From the NCBI RefSeq assembly GCF_963921235.1, contig NC_086110.1:37696001-37760000 (forward strand): DNA of 64,000 nt, given 5' to 3'. The notes beneath the pieces are model-generated. The model worked only from the letters and a program-made list of their open reading frames with translations, ran no database searches and was not told where the DNA came from. Numbering within the stretch: position 1 is the first letter of the stretch; the number at the start of each line of letters is the position of its first letter. This document shows positions 61,105-64,000 of the stretch, piece after piece. A program made the translations under genes and the position numbers. Origin of the DNA: Mobula hypostoma. Lineage: Eukaryota.

Positions 61105-64000
61105 ATAAGACCATAAGATTCAGGAGCAGAATTAGGCCATTTGGCCCATTGAGCCTGCTCCACAATTTCACCAGGGCTGACCCATTGCCCTTTCAACCCC
61201 AATCTCCTGCCTTCTCCTCGTATCCCTTCATGTCCTGACTAATCAAGAATATATCAACCTCTGCCTTAACTATACACAACACTTGGCCTCCATAGTTCCA
61301 TGTGGCACAAATTCCACAGATTCACCACTCTCAGCCTACCGGTCAACCTCAACGCTTTACATTTCGCCTACCGGAGCAACAGGTCAATGGCAGATGCCAT
61401 CTCTCTGGCCCTACATTACTCCTTAGAACACCTGGAGAATAAAGACGCATATGTAAGGCTCCTTTTCATTGACTAGAGCTCTGCTTTTACTGCCATCATT
61501 CCAAATAAACTGATTCCTAAGCTCTGGAACCTGGGCCATAGCACTCAGATCTGCAGTTGGATCTTCAACTTCTTCACAGACAGGACCCAGGCTGTAAAAA
61601 TAGGGGACAAGCTCTCCTCTACAATCACTCTGAGCACCAGTGCCCCACAAGGCTGTGTACTCAGCCCCCTGCTGTAGTCACTGTACACCCATGATTGTGT
61701 AGCCAAGTTTCCATCGAACTCAACATATAAGTTTGCTGATGACACAACAATTGTAGGCCGTATCTCAGGTAATGATGAGTTTGAGTACAGAGAGGAAATT
61801 AAGAACCTGGTGGCATGGTGCGAAGACAATAACCTATCCCTCAATGTCAGCAAGATGAAGGAATTGGTTGTTGACTTCAGAAGGAGTAGCGGACCGCACA
61901 ACCCCATTTACATTGGTGGTGTGCAAGTGGAACAGGTCAAAAGCTTTAAGTTCCTCGGGGTCAATATCACAAATGACCTGACTTGGTCCAACCAAGCAGA
62001 GTCCACTGCCAAGAAGGCCCACCAGCGCCTTTACTTCCTGAGAAAGCTAAAGAAATTTGGCCTGTCCCCTAAAACCTTCACTAATTTTTATAGATGCACC
62101 GTAGAAAGCATTCTTCTTGGGTGCATCTCAACCTGGTATGGAAGTTGTCCTGTCCAAATCTGAAAGAAGCTGCAGAGGATCGTGAACACAGCCCAGCACA
62201 TCACACAAACCAATCTTCCGTCCTTGGACTCACTTTACACCACACACTGTCTGAGCAGTGCTGCCAGGATAATCAAGGACACGACCCACCCAGCCAACAC
62301 ACTTTTTGTCCCTCTTCCCTCCGGGAGAAGGCTCAGGAACTTGAAGACTTGTACGGCCAGATTTGGGAACAGCTTCTTTCCAACTGTGATAAGATTGCTG
62401 AGCAGATCCTGGCCCGGATCTGGGCCGTACCCTCCAAATATCCGGACCTGCCTCTCAGTTTTTTTGCACTACCTTACTTTCCCTTTTCTATTTTCTATTT
62501 ATGATTTATAATTTAAATTTTTAATATTTACTATCAATCTGTACTCCAGGGAGCGCAAAGCGCAGAATCAAATATTGCTGTGATGATTGTACATTCTAGT
62601 ATCAATTGTTTGGTGACAATAAAGTAAAGTAAAAAAAATTCCTCCTTCGCTCCATTCTAAATGTCACTCTATTGTGAGGATATGTCCTCTGGTCTTAGAC
62701 TCCCCCATCACAGGAAAAATCCTCTTCATATCCACCCTGTTAGGCCTTTCACCATTCGATAAGTTTCTATGATGTCCCCCCTCGTTCTTCTGAATTCCAG
62801 TGAATACAGGCCCAGAGCCATCAAACACTACACATACGATAAGCCTTTCAATTCCGGAATCATTTTCGTGAACCTCCTTTGAACCCTTTCCAATATCAGC
62901 ACATCCTTTCTTAGATAAGGGGCCGAAAACTGCTCACAATACTTGGTGAGGCCTAGCCAGTGCTTTATAAAGCAGAAAATTACATCCTTGCTTTTATATC
63001 CTAGTCCTCTCAAAATGAATGCTAACATCACATTTGCCTTCCTCACCACGGACTCACCTGCAAATTAACCTTTAGGGATACTGCATGAGGACTCCCAAAT
63101 CCCTTTGCACCTCAAATTTTTGAATTTTCTCTCCATTTATGAAATAGCCAATGCTTTTATTTCTTCTATCAACGTGTATGACCATACACTCCTCGACATT
63201 GTATTCCATCTGCCACTTCTTTGCCCATTCTCCTAATCTGTGTAAGTCCTTCTGTAGCCTCCCTACTTCCTCAAATCTACTTGCCCCTCCACCTTTCTTT
63301 GTATCATCAACAAACTTGGCCATAAAGTCATCAATTCTGTCATCCAAATCATTGACATATAATGTAAAAAGAAGTGGTCCCAACACAGACCCCTGTGGAA
63401 CACTACTAGACACCAGTAACCAGTCAGAAAAGACTCCCTTTATTCCCACTCTGCCTCCTGCCCATCAGCCATTGGTCTCTCCATGCTGGTATCTTTCCCG
63501 TATAACCATGTTAACCTGTATAACCATGTTAACCTGTATAACCATGGGCTCTTAACCTGTTAACATGTGTGGCAGCTTGTAAAGCACATTCTGAAAATGC
63601 AAGTACACAACATCCACTGATTCTCCTTTGTCTATACTGCTTGTTATTTCTTCAAATAATTCCACCAGATTTGTCAGGCAAGATTTTCCCGTGAGAAATC
63701 ATGCTGACTATGGCCTATTTAATCATGTGCCACCAAGTGCCCCAAAACCAAATCCTTAACGATCGACTGCAACATCTTCCCAACCTTTGAGGTCAGGCTA
63801 ATTGGCCTATAATTACCTTTCTTCTGACTCTCCTACCTCTTGAAGAATGGAGTGACATTTGCAATTTTCCAGTCTTCCAGAACCAAGCCAGAATCCATTG
63901 ATTCTTGAAAGGTCATTACTAATGCCTCCACAATCTCTTCAGCTACTTTTTTCAGAACTCTAGGGTGTACAGCATCTGGTTCAGGTAATTTATCTACCTT
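61105..64000 (-). mobile_element. CR1 LINE interrupted by a Rex1/Babar insertion; runs off the window end
   Basis: 3' end at 61105-61336, resumes at about 62636; RT ORFs 62828-63449. Confidence 0.88.
61337..62635 (+). mobile_element. Rex1/Babar LINE (RT and 3' end) nested in CR1
   Basis: [44 protein letters not shown] and FFPTVIRLL remnants; (AAAGT)n tail. Confidence 0.9.

Noticed and set aside
63500-63546. 18-bp tandem repeat GTATAACCATGTTAACCT, about 2.6 copies
   Set aside because: Local slippage duplication inside a CR1; no spacers, not CRISPR-like.

Overview
Vertebrate genomic DNA, most likely a cartilaginous fish (inferred from the repeat content: CR1, Rex1/Babar, HE1/V-SINE and Penelope-like elements). 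Most of the window is transposon debris. The unique sequence holds 13 + strand exons (2253-47374) that splice at canonical GT-AG sites, with matching phases and no stop codon, into one predicted ORF of 3948 nt (1315 aa). Domain order: signal peptide, Ig V, Ig C1 (B7-H6/NCR3LG1-like ectodomain), transmembrane helix, cytoplasmic C1-like Ig domain lacking its disulfide, NOD1-like CARD, NACHT, short LRR region. If the 21608^30791 junction is really used, this is a single-pass membrane receptor with a complete NLR as its cytoplasmic tail. The alternative is two adjacent genes. Other points of interest: a Penelope-like inverted insertion with hammerhead-ribozyme cores and a 14-bp TSD, a twin-primed 5'-inverted L1 with a 16-bp TSD, and an Academ-like transposon fragment. 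Exon boundaries were read by hand; repeat boundaries are approximate; family comparisons are from memory and no database search was run.
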